From NCBI GenBank assembly GCA_963799335.1, contig CAWCWR010000001.1, positions 436,414 to 500,413 on the forward strand: a stretch of 64,000 bases of DNA. Reading direction: 5' to 3'. Position 1 is the stretch's first letter, and every line of letters begins with the position of its first letter. The translations under genes and the position numbers were made by a program. Origin of the DNA: an uncultured Phycisphaeraceae bacterium. Lineage in GTDB: Bacteria; Planctomycetota; Phycisphaerae; Phycisphaerales; Phycisphaeraceae. The notes beneath the pieces were generated by a model. The model saw only the letters and a list, made by a program, of their open reading frames with translations. It was not told where the DNA came from and did not search any database. Positions 42,194 to 52,632 of this stretch are shown piece by piece.

Positions 42194-43696
42194 TTATCGA
42201 CCCGCGAGTTTGTGGATCAGGTTGGTGGTGGATCGGCCTTCGGCGAGTTCGATGAGTTCGACGCGGCCGCCGTGGGCTTCCACGATTTCGTGGCCGACGA
42301 CCTGGTCGCGGGAGTAGTCGGCACCCTTGGCCAGGACGTCGGGGCGGATGGCCTGGATGAGCTGGAGCGGGGTGTCTTCGTCGAAGGTGACGATGTAGTC
42401 GATGGATTGGAGTTCGCTGAGGACGGTGATGCGGTCGTCCTGGTGGTTGACCGGGCGGGCGGGGCCTTTGAGGCGGGTGATGGAGGCGTCGGTGTTGAGG
42501 CCGACGATCAGCAGGTCGCCCAGGCGGGCGGCGGCGCGGAGGTAGGAGACGTGGCCGGCGTGGAGGATATCGAAACAGCCGTTGGTGAAGACCAGGGTCT
42601 TGCCTTGCTTGCGGTGGGCGCAGAGTTCGCGGACCAGGGCGTCGGCGGTGCGGACCTTGCCGAGGGCGGCGTGGTGGAGCTGAAGCAGGGACAGGAGGAT
42701 TTCGTCGAGGGGGATGGGCACGACGCCGGCCTTCTCGACTTCCAGTCCCGCGGCGACGTTGGCCAGCGCCACGGCGTCGGGCCAGGACGCGGCGTTGGCC
42801 CGCGCGGCAGCAAGCGTGGCCAAGACCATGTCCCCCGCGCCGGTGACGTCGTAGACCGAGCGCGCGACGGTGGGCACCTCGTGAAACGTGTCGGCGTCGT
42901 CGAGTAAGAGCGCGCCCGACTTATCGAGAGTCAGCACGACGTGGGTCAGGCCCAGCTGAGCTTTGAGCTGGGTGGCCATGGCCCGGGGATCGGTCTGGCC
43001 GGTGGCGAGCTGGGCCTCGGTGCGGTTGGGGGTGAGGCAGGTCGCACCGCGGTACTTGGCGTAGTCGGCGACGGCGGCGGGATCGACAAAGACGGGGATG
43101 TTTTTTTTCTGGGCCAATGCGATCAGGCCCTGGCACACCGCGGGGGTCAGCACACCCTTGTTGTAATCTTCGAGGCAGAGCACGGCCGCGCCGTCGAGCA
43201 GGGTGTCGGCCTGGTCGAGGAGTTGCTGGACGGCGGCATCGTCCAGGGGGGTGAGGTCTTCGACGTCGAGGCGGAACATTTTTTGGGGGTGGCGGTGCTG
43301 GGCGAGGCCCACGAGGTTTTGCTTGACGGTGGTGGGCTTGGAGGGATGGACCACGAGGCCCGCGGTGTCGATGCCGGCGTCCGAGAGGGATTGAGAAAGG
43401 GTTTGGCCCGGCTCGTCGTGGCCGATGATGCCCAGGCAGGCGACGTGGCAGCGGAGGGCGGCGAGGTCGCGGCAGACGTTGGCGGCCCCGCCGGGCAGAG
43501 ACTCGGTGCGTTCGACCTGGAGCACGGGGACGGGGGCGTCGGGGGAGAGGCGGGAGGCGTTGCCGTAGGCGTAGCGGTCGAGCATGAAATCGCCGGCGAC
43601 GACGATGCGGGCGGGTTCCCAGCGGTCCAGCAGCGCGATGAGGGCGGCGGGATCGGGATGGGGGGTAGAGGAAGAGAGAGGAGAGGGGGGGGGCAT
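42194..43696 (-). CDS. hldE: Bifunctional D-beta-D-heptose 7-phosphate kinase / heptose 1-phosphate adenylyltransferase
   Basis: PfkB-family kinase N-domain and a C-terminal cytidylyltransferase (FTNGCFDILHAGHVSYL). Confidence 0.9.
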   Translation of the reverse strand: MPPPSPLSSSTPHPDPAALIALLDRWEPARIVVAGDFMLDRYAYGNASRLSPDAPVPVLQVERTESLPGGAANVCRDLAALRCHVACLGIIGHDEPGQTLSQSLSDAGIDTAGLVVHPSKPTTVKQNLVGLAQHRHPQKMFRLDVEDLTPLDDAAVQQLLDQADTLLDGAAVLCLEDYNKGVLTPAVCQGLIALAQKKNIPVFVDPAAVADYAKYRGATCLTPNRTEAQLATGQTDPRAMATQLKAQLGLTHVVLTLDKSGALLLDDADTFHEVPTVARSVYDVTGAGDMVLATLAAARANAASWPDAVALANVAAGLEVEKAGVVPIPLDEILLSLLQLHHAALGKVRTADALVRELCAHRKQGKTLVFTNGCFDILHAGHVSYLRAAARLGDLLIVGLNTDASITRLKGPARPVNHQDDRITVLSELQSIDYIVTFDEDTPLQLIQAIRPDVLAKGADYSRDQVVGHEIVEAHGGRVELIELAEGRSTTNLIHKLAGR

Positions 43697-43775
43697 GGTG
43701 GTGGGGGGTGGGGGGTGGAAGTGAGGGAACCGTCACACGGGGCATCGGTGATTTTGGGCCACGGTCAACTGTCGA

Positions 43776-44939
43776 TCAGGCGTCCGCGGGGGGGAGCGGG
43801 GCGGGGATTTTTTGGTCCAGGAGCGACTGGAGTTGATCCCGGCCGCGGGTGAATTTCATGGCGACGATGGGGCGGTAGACCGGGAGGCGGGCCTTGACGC
43901 CCGAGGCGAAGGTGCGCCATTTGACGTAGTCCTTTTCGGTGGTGACCACGGCGTCGGCCTGCCGTTCGAGGGCGACGCTGAAGATGCCTTCGAGTTCGTC
44001 GCGGCTGTAGCGGAAGTGGTCGTCGTAGGTCAGCACGCCGACGCACGAGCCGGCGACTTCGCGGAGGCGGTCGGCGAAGTCGCGGGGGTTGCCGATGCCC
44101 GCGACGCCGAGGACCGCGCGGTTCGCCAGGCGGTCCAGGGGGTAGGGTTTGAAGGACAGGTGCAGGGCGGTCCAGTCGTGAACGGCGTGGGCCAGGGGTG
44201 GCCGGCCGGTGATTTTTTGGATCGTGTCGTCGAGTGCTTGAAGCTGGGGGGGGGTGGCGCGGTCGGTGCGGGTGAGGATCACGGCGTCGGCGCGGCGGAG
44301 GGCGGAGCGGGGTTCGCGGAGCAGGCCGCGGGGCAGGAGGTGGTCAAAGCCGAAGGGCCGGAGCGAATCGACGAGCACGAGGTTCAGGTCGCGGCGGGCG
44401 CGGCGGTGTTGAAACGCGTCGTCGAGGAGGAAGACGGTGGTCCGGGGGTGTTCCTGGAGCACGCGGGCGGCGCCGGCGACGCGGTTGGCGTCGGGCATGA
44501 CGGGGATGTCGCCGCCGAGGCTGCCGCGGAGTTCGGCGGCTTCGTCGCTGCCTTTTTTGTTTTCGTAGCCCCCGGGCTCGTAGCCGCGCAGCAGCACCGC
44601 GGGCCGATGCCCGGTGGCCTGAAGCAGGCGGGCCAAGGCGATGACCATGGGCGTCTTGCCGGTGCCGCCGGCGGTGAGGTTGCCGACGCTGACGGTGGGC
44701 CGGCCCAGGTCGCGGGTGGGCAGGATGCCGGCGGCGTAGAGGGCGTTGCGGCCGGTGACCGCGGCGCGGTAGGGCAGCGTGGCGGGCAGGGTCAGGCCGC
44801 GCAGGGCGGCGGCGGCGAGGTCGCGGGCCTCCCCGCTCATGATCCGGTGGATACGGTCGTGGCTGGGCAGCCATTGATTGAGGCGGCGGGGCTCGGACAC
44901 GTCAACGGCCCACGCTTTCTCGAGCAACGGGTCCCGCAA
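43776..44939 (-). CDS. lpxK: Tetraacyldisaccharide 4'-kinase
   Basis: SVGNLTAGGTGKTPMV P-loop in an LpxK-like arrangement. The 3' end overlaps maf. Confidence 0.85.
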   Translation of the reverse strand: MRDPLLEKAWAVDVSEPRRLNQWLPSHDRIHRIMSGEARDLAAAALRGLTLPATLPYRAAVTGRNALYAAGILPTRDLGRPTVSVGNLTAGGTGKTPMVIALARLLQATGHRPAVLLRGYEPGGYENKKGSDEAAELRGSLGGDIPVMPDANRVAGAARVLQEHPRTTVFLLDDAFQHRRARRDLNLVLVDSLRPFGFDHLLPRGLLREPRSALRRADAVILTRTDRATPPQLQALDDTIQKITGRPPLAHAVHDWTALHLSFKPYPLDRLANRAVLGVAGIGNPRDFADRLREVAGSCVGVLTYDDHFRYSRDELEGIFSVALERQADAVVTTEKDYVKWRTFASGVKARLPVYRPIVAMKFTRGRDQLQSLLDQKIPAPLPPADA

Positions 44940-45615
44940 GCAACGGCCCGCCCGCGACGCCCAGTTCGAGCAGCTCCGCCTTCAACCGCCGCATCGGCAA
45001 ACCCATCACCGTGCCCGGATCGCCCGCGACCCGGATCCGCCAACCTGCGGCCAACCGCTCGGCCAGGTTGTAGCCCCCGGCCTTGCCCCGCCAGGCCCCG
45101 GTGGACACATAGTCCAGCAGTTGACCATCCTTCATCTCCGCGATCTGCACCGTCGCCGTTTCAGCATACGCCGCATGCTCCCGCGCGGCCCCGTCCTCGA
45201 CCACCCGCAGCGCCACGCCGGTCACGATGCGGTGGCGACGGCCAACCAAACGCCCCAACATCGCCGCCGCCGCCTCCGCGGTTTCGGGTGTGCCCAGCAA
45301 CCCGCCGGCGTGGTCAACGCCCAACGTATCGGCGCTCAGCAGCACGGCTCCCGCCGGCAAGGCCGAGACCTCCACGCTCTCCGCCTTGGCCTGCGCCAGG
45401 TGGATCGCCAGCTCTGACCCGGTCAACGCCGAGGCCGAGGCGGACGACCGGCGCTGGTGGCGGTTCGGATCCGCGGGGTCGGCGTAGGGCGGATCGACGG
45501 TGATGAAGTCAAACCCCGACTCACGCAGCAGCAGCGCCCGCCGGGGCGATCGGCTGGCGAGCACCAGCGGACGCGGGGGCAGAGACGCGGGTTGGCGGGG
45601 CGGGTCGGCGGGCAT
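44902..45615 (-). CDS. maf: Maf-like nucleoside triphosphate pyrophosphatase
   Basis: LVLASRSPRRALLLRESGFDF ... a Maf core with an inserted loop. Confidence 0.7.
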   Translation of the reverse strand: MPADPPRQPASLPPRPLVLASRSPRRALLLRESGFDFITVDPPYADPADPNRHQRRSSASASALTGSELAIHLAQAKAESVEVSALPAGAVLLSADTLGVDHAGGLLGTPETAEAAAAMLGRLVGRRHRIVTGVALRVVEDGAAREHAAYAETATVQIAEMKDGQLLDYVSTGAWRGKAGGYNLAERLAAGWRIRVAGDPGTVMGLPMRRLKAELLELGVAGGPLLAGPVARESVGR

Positions 45616-45695
45616 GAGTCTTCATTGTAAAGCCGCGTCGGGTCGCTGCGGGCCCCGTCATTCAAGCTCGGCCCGCGGTCGTCCCGATAAACCCG

Positions 45696-47554
45696 GTGTC
45701 CCCCTCTCCCCTTACCTTTCAAGGACGGAAGGTTCCCCCCGTGCGCACCATCGCGATCATTAACCAAAAAGGCGGCTGTGGCAAAACCACGACGTCGATC
45801 AACCTCGCGGCGGTGCTTGCCCTGCGTGGCCACCGCACGCTGCTGGTGGACATGGACCCCCAGTCGCACTGCGCCTTGGGCCTGGCGGTCCCCGAAAGCC
45901 AGATCGAACAATCGATGGCGGACCTGTTGGAGCACGGCCTGGACGGCACGTTGTCGGTCTCCGACATCACCTGGCAGATCAGCCGCGGCCTGGACCTGGC
46001 CCCGTCGTCGATGGCGCTGGCGATGATGGAGCAGCAGCTCGCCACCGCTTCAGACAAGGACCGCCGACTCGCGCAGGTCCTCTCGACCGCGGCCGACCGC
46101 TACGACTTCTGCATCATCGACTGCCCCCCCAGCATCGGGCTGCTGACGTTCAACGCGCTGCGCACCGCCGACGAAGTCCTGATCCCCGTGGAGACCGGCT
46201 ACTTCGCGATGCAGGGCGGCGTCCGCCAGGAACAAACCATCGAGATGCTCGCCCGCCGGGTGGGGCAGCGGGTGCGCTTCCGCGTGCTGCCGACGATGTA
46301 CGACGTGCGGACCAAGCTGGCCCGCGAAATCCTGGCGGAACTCAAAAAGCACTTCGGCCAGCGCGTCCTGCCGATGGTCATCAACTTCAACAGCAAGCTC
46401 AAAGAAGCCGCCAGCTTCGGCCAGCCCATCACCGAATACGATGCGGCCTCCCGCGGGATGCAGGACTTCGAGCAACTCGCCGACTGGTTGGCGGCCAACC
46501 CCCCCGCCGCCCCGACCCCCGCGCTGCCGTTGGAAAACGAAGCCCCCGCCTCGGCCGACGCTCAAGCTTCCGCCCATGCCACCGCGGACACGATGACGGA
46601 CTCCACCCCCCCCGTTCCCACCCCCGGCCTGTCCACCGGGGCCGCGCTGCCGACGGGCCCGGGGCCCGAACGCCAATCCCCCGCCGACCGCACCGCCCGC
46701 CCCGCCGCCGCCCTCTCGCCCCTCCACCCCGCGGCCCCCCACGCCCCGGCCCCCGTCGGCCGGTCCGCCAGCGGCAACCCCGCCCTCAGCCGGGCCGCCG
46801 AGCTGGTCGAACGTGCCCGCGCTCTCTCCAACCGCCCCGCCAACCTCAACGATCCCTTCAAACCGGCCCCCCCCCCTCTCGCCCCCCCTCTCGCCTCCCC
46901 TCTCGCCTCCCCGACCGCCTCCCCGACCGCCTCCCCGACCGCTCCCCCCAGGTGCCCCAACCCGTCATCGTGCCCGCCTCCATCACCACCCCCCCTCATC
47001 CCGCCGCCGCCGCCCCCCCGGCCGCGACCCCGGCGGAGAAAACCAACAACGGCCCGGCCACCCTCGTCCCGATCCCCACGCCCCCCGCGATCCCGGGCCC
47101 CGACGCCCCCCGCAGCGAACAACTCGCCCAGCTCTACGGCGTCCGCCTCACCTCCCGCGGCACGTTGTTCGTCCAGCCCGCCGACGCGGTGGGGAACGGG
47201 GACAAGCTGGCCATCGCCGGGGATTTCAACAACTGGAACCCCGCGCAGACCCCCATGATCCGCGACGAAAACCTCGGCGTCTGGCGGGCCTGCGTCCAGA
47301 TCCCCGCCGGCCGATACCGCTACCGGCTGGTCAAAAACGGCCAATGGGTTCAGGACCCCTTCAACGCCACCGTCGAGGCCAACCCCTTCGGCGAACTCAA
47401 CAACCTCATCGAAATCAAACCCTCCCCCCTCGCGAACTCCGCCTCCTCCGGCTCCGCGAACTCCGCCCCGGTCTCCACGGTCAAACCCATCGCCGCCGCG
47501 GCCCCCACCATCGTCACCCGGCCCGGAACCTCGCCCCTTCCCGCCAACGTCTAA
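45696..47554 (+). CDS. ParA/MinD-family ATPase with a Pro-rich linker and C-terminal AMPK-beta-type glycogen-binding domain (CBM48). The fusion is inferred across a frameshift at a C7 run at about 46940-46950
   Basis: Deviant Walker A IAIINQKGGCGKTTTSINLA, and DMDPQ. After the ATPase core a real-looking linker (NPALSRAAELVERARALSN...PTASPTASPTAPP) ends at the sequence gctcccccca. The +2 frame then continues PQPVIVPAS...LAIAGDFNNWNP...GVWRACVQIPAGRYRYRLVKNGQWVQDPFN...FGELNNLIEIK. This matches the AMPK1_CBM consensus (SGSFNNW...EGEHQYKFFVDGQWTHDP...GTVNNIIQV). Confidence 0.7.
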
Positions 47555-47618
47555 CCCCCCCCCCTCGCCCCCCCTCGCCCCCTTTCCCCTTGCCGCACGG
47601 ACGCGGCCCCCCACTGTC

Positions 47619-49696
47619 ATGGACGATCAGCACCCGCCATCCTCCCCCCGTCCCCGCGAGTCGGCGGGCTCCCCGCCCGCGTCACGCACCCTCGACTCCC
47701 TCGCGGACCTCTTCCTCACCGACCCCGGCCACCCCCCCGCCCCCCCCGTCACCCCCTCTGCCCCCGTCACCCCGGCCCCGCCCGTCGCGCAGGACCCGAC
47801 CTCCGCGGAAACTTCTCCCGCCCCGGGCTCGGATGCCATCGACCCCGACGCCCCGGCCGACGATCACCTGACCGGACCCGCCCCCATCAAGCTTCGGCCA
47901 AAGGTCGCGAACACCCCCCCGTCCCCCTCCTCTCCTCCACGCCCCCTGGCGCCGCCCCGGGGCCACTCCACGGCCCGCCGTTGGCCCCCCTTTCCGAGGC
48001 GGCGGCGACGGCCGGGTCCGAGGATTGGCCCGCCGACTCGCTGGCGGCGGCGGCGGAACTCCAGGAACTCGCCGAGTGGGTCCAACAAAACCTCGAAGTC
48101 TCCCCCTCCCCCCCCTCTCCCCCTTCTCCCGCCGTGCCCTCCTCCGTCGCGGCGGACGCGCCCGCGCTCCGCTTGGCGGGCGGATCGGACCGGGATGCCG
48201 ATGCCCAGTGCCGATCTGAAATGTCGGACGCGGCCCCCCCCTCATCCCCGCCCCCCTCGTCTGCCCACGACACGCCTGCGGGTCACCTGATTGCCGAGAC
48301 CGACGGCCCGACCCGCGCGGTGGCGGAGGCGGTGTTGCTGGGCAACCTGCCGGGCATGGCGGGGCCTTGGCTGACCCAGTACGGGCAGCGGCTGGCTCAG
48401 CAGGACGGCACCGTCGCCATCGTCCACCTGGCGGGCGACACCGCGGACCTCGAACTCATCGAACCCACCTCCCGCCCGCCGGCGGAAGCCACCGACGGCG
48501 ATCCCCGGCAGATCCACCGCCGCCAGCACGCCCGGGGCGCGACGCCGGGCCTCGGCTGCGCATCCCGCCCGGCGGCTTCCGCGGCCGGCCCCTGGTCGAG
48601 GTCCTCGACCACCTCTGCCGCCTGGCCCACGCCCCGGTCCGCACGGTGTTGCTGCATCTCGACGCCACCGCGGCGTCGGTGCCGCAGCTGTTGGACCTGG
48701 ACTATTGGACCCTGCTCAGCGGGGCCGACGACGCCGCGATCGTGGCGGGGTATCGCCTGCTCAAGCAGCTGCTGGACGCCGACGAGCGGGTGGCGCGGGC
48801 CCACGTCGGGCTGATGGTCGTGGGCAGCGACCACTCGGCGGGGCAGAACGCGCTGACCAAGCTCCGCGCCGCGGTGGGCCAGGGGTTTCACGCGCCGTTT
48901 GATCTGCTGGGCCATCAGCAGCGCAGGTGACGCCGGCGCACTGCCGCACCCTCGGCCGGTTTTCCGTGGACGCCGCCGCCTGGGATGGTCTCCGCGAATG
49001 GCTGATGGAGTTGCAGCCCCCCGAGGCCGCGGCGCAAACCGCGGCGGTCGCGGAAGAATCGGTGGAAGTCCGGGCGTCGCTGGAGGCCGAGGCTTCCGGT
49101 TCCTCCCGTCGCGCAAGTGCGGGGGCGGCGATGCACCAACCTTTCCGTCCGGCGGCGGGGGGCAAGCTCCCGCCCCTTTCCCGGCCGATCGAAGATCGCG
49201 CCGCCAAGCACGCGACGCACGGCCCGTCCTCTTCTCCCCGTTTCACCGCGGACCTGCACCGGGGGACTCCCCCGACCTGTTCGAGTTGATCGACACCGAC
49301 CCCCGCACCACCGCGTCGATCCCCGGCGGCCTCCCGCTCGAAGCCCGCTGCCCCCGTCAGCCCGACACCCAGCTGGCGGTGGATGCCGCCGGCCGACTCC
49401 ACCTGCTGCACCGCCACGACTCGGCCCACGATGACCTGCCCACCCCCCGCGAGGCCATCGTCAACCTCGTGGCGGTCCGCGACTGGGCCCGGCAGCACCT
49501 CCAACTGCTCCAGCTCACCGAACGCACCCGGCACTTCGACCTCAACACCGATCCCCAGCTGCACCTGTTCACCGACCGGGCGGACCAGGCGGTCGGCCTC
49601 GTCGCCCAGCTCGGCGACCTGATCAAGCTCCACCTGCTGCGCGAAGTCACCCTCGGCGATCAGAAAACCCTCTTCTGCACCCCCCTCTCGGCCTAA
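47619..49696 (+). CDS. Large Pro-rich hypothetical protein, fragmented over at least 4 frames
   Basis: Consecutive overlapping track ORFs (47619, 47981, 48367, 48927, 48899) each carry protein-like segments, e.g. AVAEAVLLGNLPGMAGPWLTQYGQRLAQQDGTVAIVHLAGD, VLLHLDATAASVPQLLDLDYWTLLSGADDAAIVAGYRLLKQLL, and a C-terminal ...LIKLHLLREVTLGDQKTLFCTPLSA. Confidence 0.4.
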
Positions 49697-49848
49697 CCCC
49701 CCCCTCCCCCCCTCTCTCCCCTCCCTTCTCCGTTCCACGGGCAAGTCCGCTTGCGGCGACGAATCAGTCCGACGGCCTGGTTACCCGCGCGATTCACATC
49801 CCTCACAATGCCAAAACCCATCGCCCTCTTTGCGTTACGCTTACCCCC

Positions 49849-50532
49849 ATGCGAACCCTCGCGCTCGGCGATATCCACGGCTGCCACACCGCGCTGACCA
49901 CCCTCCAGGCCTACGCGGGCTTCGCCCCCGACGACCTGATCCTCACCCTGGGCGACGTGGTGGATAAAGGTCCGCAGGTGCCGCAGGTGCTGAATTGGCT
50001 CATCGATCGACAGGCGGCCGGGCAGTTGGTGGCGCTGCGGGGCAATCATGACGTGCTCATGCTCGAAGCCCGCGGGTCGCAACACCGTTTTGACGTGTGG
50101 CTGACCTGCGGGGGCCGGGAGACCCTCGAAGGGTATAACCTGCCGCTTAAACAGAAATCGCTGGGCGAGATCCCCGACGCCCACTGGGCGTTTCTCCAGG
50201 CCACCGTCCTGTTTCACGAGACCGACACGCACTTTTTTGTTCACGGCAACGTCGATCCCGACCTGCCCCTGAGCGAACAACCCGAGCACGTCCTGCTTTG
50301 GGAAAAATTCCACACCCCCCCGCTGCACCCGGTCCCCGAGCCCCACCTCTCGGGCAAAACCATGGTCTGCGGCCATACGTCCCAAAAGTCGGGCCACATC
50401 AACGACCAGGGCCACGCGGTGTGCATCGACACCTGGGCCTGCGGCAACGGCTGGCTCACCGCCCTGGACCCCTACAGCGGCGAATACTGGCAAGCCAACC
50501 AGTCGGGCAAAACCCGCCGCGGGCGTCGCTGA
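49849..50532 (+). CDS. Ser/Thr protein phosphatase (PPP-family metallophosphoesterase, PrpE/ApaH-like)
   Basis: GDIHG, GDVVDKG and GNHD motifs. Confidence 0.85.
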   Translation: MRTLALGDIHGCHTALTTLQAYAGFAPDDLILTLGDVVDKGPQVPQVLNWLIDRQAAGQLVALRGNHDVLMLEARGSQHRFDVWLTCGGRETLEGYNLPLKQKSLGEIPDAHWAFLQATVLFHETDTHFFVHGNVDPDLPLSEQPEHVLLWEKFHTPPLHPVPEPHLSGKTMVCGHTSQKSGHINDQGHAVCIDTWACGNGWLTALDPYSGEYWQANQSGKTRRGRR

Positions 50533-50552
50533 AAGACCGAACTTGGGGACAC

Positions 50553-50592
50553 GAAAAAAAGCCCACGGCGATTCGCCGTGGGCTTCCGGGGG
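50553..50592. terminator. Bidirectional intrinsic terminator hairpin between convergent genes
   Basis: aaaaaaagcccacggcgattcgccgtgggcttcc: a 10-bp GC stem, with an A-run 5' of it that reads as a U-run for the minus-strand gene. Confidence 0.5.
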
Positions 50593-50637
50593 TGTCAGAT
50601 GGCGAAGCGGATCAATGGACGAATCGGACCGAAAGCC

Positions 50638-51315
50638 TCAGCCCTGGCGGCGCCGGCGTGCAAGCAGTGCCAACCCGCCCAGGCCCAGGAGCCCGGCGGT
50701 GGTTGGCTCGGGGACCAGCGTCAGCCGCAGCGTCGCGGGTACCGCGTCGGCGTCGGTGGACTCCAACGCATCGACGATGAAAGACGCAAAGCTAATGGTC
50801 TCGCTGCGGATGGTGAAGAAGTCGTCGCTGTTGGCGTCGGCCAAAACGGCATTGAGGCTCGCGACGCCGGCGGTGAGATCGATGGCGAAGTCGGTGTTGT
50901 TGGCCGTGCCGACCAGGTCACCGCGGCTGCCGATGAGCGTACCGCCGACGTTGTCGGCGACGGTCACCGTGCCGTCGCCCGTAAAGCCGAACAGACTCAA
51001 GGGGGCCGGATTACCGCCAAGGTTGGTGATCTGAATGTCGGTCCGCAGTAGCAGCGTGGCCTCGGTGATGACCGCGTCGAATGCCAGCGAGGAGAGGTCG
51101 AACTCGAAGACCCCGTTGGAAATGTTATTCGGACCCGACATGGAGGTATTGATGTTGACCGCCGACTCGCTTTGGACCGAAGAACCTAGCACCCCGCTGG
51201 TCTGGATCCGGGCGTCGGCAGACACGACGATATCGACCACCGGCTGCGCAATCGCCGCCGAACCACAAGCCAGCGTCAACGACGCGGCGCAGACCGTTTG
51301 AACCAAAGCTTTCAT
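50638..51315 (-). CDS. PEP-CTERM sorting-domain protein
   Basis: Signal peptide MKALVQTVCAASLTLACGSAAIAQP. C-terminal VPEPTTAGLLGLGGLALLARRRRQG. Confidence 0.75.
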   Translation of the reverse strand: MKALVQTVCAASLTLACGSAAIAQPVVDIVVSADARIQTSGVLGSSVQSESAVNINTSMSGPNNISNGVFEFDLSSLAFDAVITEATLLLRTDIQITNLGGNPAPLSLFGFTGDGTVTVADNVGGTLIGSRGDLVGTANNTDFAIDLTAGVASLNAVLADANSDDFFTIRSETISFASFIVDALESTDADAVPATLRLTLVPEPTTAGLLGLGGLALLARRRRQG

Positions 51316-51591
51316 GACTTTCTCCTCCAGGGATGTACAAAACTTCTTGCTCCGGCGTCTCCTCCGGGCATCGCCGCGACCGGCGTTAAGCCCGAACTTA
51401 GCAACCGGACGATCAAGGGTCAACCCCTAATCACGCGATGAGCCGGAAAAAAGGGAAAACCCCGAGTTGTTTGATCGGTGTGCTCCTGCGGCTTGAGGCT
51501 GCCATTTTGACGCTCAATGGGAGGAGCAAACTCCCCTGCCGGGCCATGGTGAGGGGTGCGTGTGGCAAGTCGATTGCGTAAAGTCAAGGGT

Positions 51592-52506
51592 ATGGCTGTT
51601 AAATTTCAAGACTATTACCAAACCCTCGGCCTCCAGCGGAACGCCTCCGCGGACGAGATCAAACGCGCCTACCGCAAGCTGGCGCAGAAGTTTCACCCCG
51701 ATCGGAATCAAGACGCGGATGCCTCCGAGAAGTTTTCGCAGATCGGCGAGGCTTACGAAGTCTTGAAAGACCCCGAGAAACGCAAACTCTACGACCAGTA
51801 CGGCGAGAATTACAAGGCCGGCCAGGACTTCCGCCCCCCTCCCGGATACGGCGGGCGGGGCCGGGCCCGCGGCGGCCCGGGGGGATTTGAGTTTGAAGGA
51901 CAGGACATGTCCGACTTCTTCCGCGAAATGTTCGGCCGCGGCGCGGGTGGCGGCGGCGGGGGCGGGGGCAACCCGTTCGGCGGCGCGGGCGGGGCGGGGA
52001 CGCCGCCGCCCCGCCCCGCGATCAGGAAGCCGAGATCACCGTTTCGCTCCACGAGGCCTACCACGGCGGCACCCGTCAGGTCCACCTCACCGACCCCGCC
52101 TCGCCCACCGGCGGCACGAAAAAAATCGACGTGAAACTCCCCGCCGGCGTCAAGCCCGGCTGCTAAAATCCGCCTCAAGGGCGAACACCTGATCCTCGAA
52201 ATCAACGTCGCCCCCGACCCCCGCTTCAAATCGAAAACAAGCAGGGCACCCTCGCCACCGACGTGATTCATCACCCCCGCCCTGGCTTTGCTGGGCGGCA
52301 AGGCGGACGTGCCCACCCTCGACGGCACCCTCACCCTCACCATCCCCCCCGCCACCCCCTCGGGCCGCCGCCTCCGCCTCAAGGGCAAGGGCCTGGGTGA
52401 TGCCGACCTCCTGGCCCGGGTCATGCTCCGGGTCCCCGACCCCCTGCCCGAGAACCAGCGCGAGCTCTACGAAAAACTCCGCGAACTCGAAATCGATTCC
52501 ACCTAA
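51592..52506 (+). CDS. J-domain co-chaperone (CbpA/DnaJ-like), at least 2 frameshifts
   Basis: J domain DYYQTLGL...[14 protein letters not shown], and a Gly-rich region. The C-terminal substrate-binding part (...[28 protein letters not shown]...) lies in track ORF 52288-52506. Confidence 0.7.
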
Positions 52507-52632
52507 CCCCCCCCGCCCCCCGTCCCCATCGGGGGGGGCACGCCCGCCGGCGGTCTTTCGGGGTGCAGGGGCAGCGCCCCTGCCGCCCGCCGCGCAGCGC
52601 TTGCCTTAAAAACTCAGAAAGGGCAAAAACTT

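Noticed and set aside
46940-47258. ParA ORF continuing to 47258 and a separate overlapping CBM48 ORF as two independent genes
   Set aside because: A 300-bp out-of-frame overlap of two real genes is unlikely. The ParA-frame translation turns to low-complexity (RCPNPSSCPPPSPPP...) exactly where the +2 frame becomes protein-like, and the junction is a C7 homopolymer. I therefore prefer a single fused gene, flagged as inference.
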